From the NCBI RefSeq assembly GCF_018977255.1, contig NW_024704743.1, positions 10,666,001 through 10,730,000 on the forward strand: a stretch of DNA of 64,000 bases. The letters are read 5' to 3'. Shown here in pieces: positions 62,990 through 64,000 of this stretch (position 1 is its first letter; every line of letters starts with the position of its first letter). The notes under the pieces were generated by a model. That model ran no database searches and was not told where the DNA came from. It was given only the letters and a program-made list of their open reading frames with translations. This DNA is from Callorhinchus milii (taxonomy: Eukaryota). The position numbers were made by a program, and so were the translations under genes.

Positions 62990-63270
62990 AAGTGCTGAGA
63001 CGGTGCTGCAACATCGGAGGTGTTAAATCGAGGTCCTGTCTCCCTGTTCAAGTGGATGTTGAAGATCCCATGGCACTATTCGGAAAGAGAAGAGAGTTTC
63101 TCTCTTTCTCAATTTTATTTGGGCGATTGGCAAATCCTCTGGCAAACAATAAACTAAAATCCGTCACTCACACCATAGCTGTTTGTGGGAATTGTTGTAA
63201 TGCCTTCACTCTGTGAAGGCATTACAAAGTGATAAGGTGTTTTATCATGTGTAACGTTTATTATGATTCT
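62990..63270 (+). mobile_element. DeuSINE with internal deletions and a fold-back
   Basis: gttaaatcgaggtcctgtc...gatcccatggcactattcgg. Confidence 0.85.
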
Positions 63271-63864
63271 TATAAAATGGCAGAGCAAGCTCGTCAGTCT
63301 GAATGGCTTACTACCTGCGTTCTAAATCCATAAATTCCTAACAATTGACCTAATGCATGAGGAAGTCTGCAAATAGCAATGGGCAGGCACCCAGGGGCAC
63401 CCACCCACAGATGGAAAAATTAAGTCAATTTAAGTAGTCGCATCATGTAGCAGTAACATCGGTTCCCTCTGAGTTGGCGCTTGCTAAGTTTTGATTTGGG
63501 ATAGCAAGCAGGGATGTAGAGGCTCCAACTTGTTCACCAGTTTCTCTTTCATATACTTTCCACTGTGGTTTCAAATGCTATTATTCTGTTTGTGCATAGT
63601 TAGTGCTACTGCTTCCCCCCCTCCCCCCACCCTTACTACCTTGATGTGTTTATTTGTTTACTTTCTCAGTTCCGCTGTGGTTGCCAGTTATATTGTAGTC
63701 AATTTCCTGTTTCCTGGCCATCCTCCCCTCAGTCTGATTGGCCAGATTTTTCCTAGCCCTCTCAATGCTTCATCCTGTCACCATCAGCAAAATCTCTCCA
63801 CAAAGGGGATATGGATTGAAGCTCAGAAGAAGAACTCAGAATTAATTACGTTACACAGGGAGTG

Positions 63865-64000
63865 ATGTGGCGTTAAACTGAAGACTTACCTGTGTGTGTT
63901 CGGGTGGATGTTAAATATCCCATGGCGCTTTTCAAAAAGAGAAGGGAGTTCCTCCGAGGCACGCTGGCCAGCAATCCCCAGATTAATTGATCGTTCATGG
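63865..64000 (+). mobile_element. DeuSINE Deu domain (runs off the window)
   Basis: ggtggatgttaaatatcccatggcgcttttcaaaaagagaagggagttc. Confidence 0.85.

Noticed and set aside
1..64000. ORF track entries as protein-coding genes
   Set aside because: They are LINE RT remnants, antisense frames of them, SINE or low-complexity translations, or short chance ORFs; many start at GTG/TTG, which is not meaningful in a vertebrate

Overview
Eukaryotic non-coding DNA (intron or intergenic), about half of it recognisable transposable-element debris. The repeat content points to a cartilaginous fish, most likely a chimaera/elephant-shark type; this is inferred from remembered TE families and is unverified. 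The families seen are CR1 LINEs with octamer tails, L2 LINEs ending in (TTG)n, Deu-domain SINEs of the SacSINE1/AmnSINE1 type, and an abundant tRNA-Ala-headed SINE ending in (TTA)n. I recognise no host protein-coding exon, RNA gene, CRISPR array or prokaryotic system. Nearly all ORFs in the track are LINE reverse-transcriptase remnants, antisense shadows of them, or chance ORFs. The most interesting observations are: (1) an unclassified, hairpin-dense dispersed element in two diverged copies (42.4 kb and 51.7 kb) that keep their stems; (2) an in-frame L2-CR1 chimera that seems to have inserted as one unit; (3) a chimeric SINE (tRNA-Ala head, CORE-like box, DeuSINE 3' half, L2 tail) whose tail stem-loop co-varies with its partner L2; (4) recurrent short fold-back palindromes at TE breakpoints; (5) a ~600-bp inverted duplication 20 kb apart that supplies empty sites for later insertions; (6) a candidate CTCF site with its upstream module. 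Coordinates of decayed repeats are approximate (tens of bp), and not every fragment is listed.
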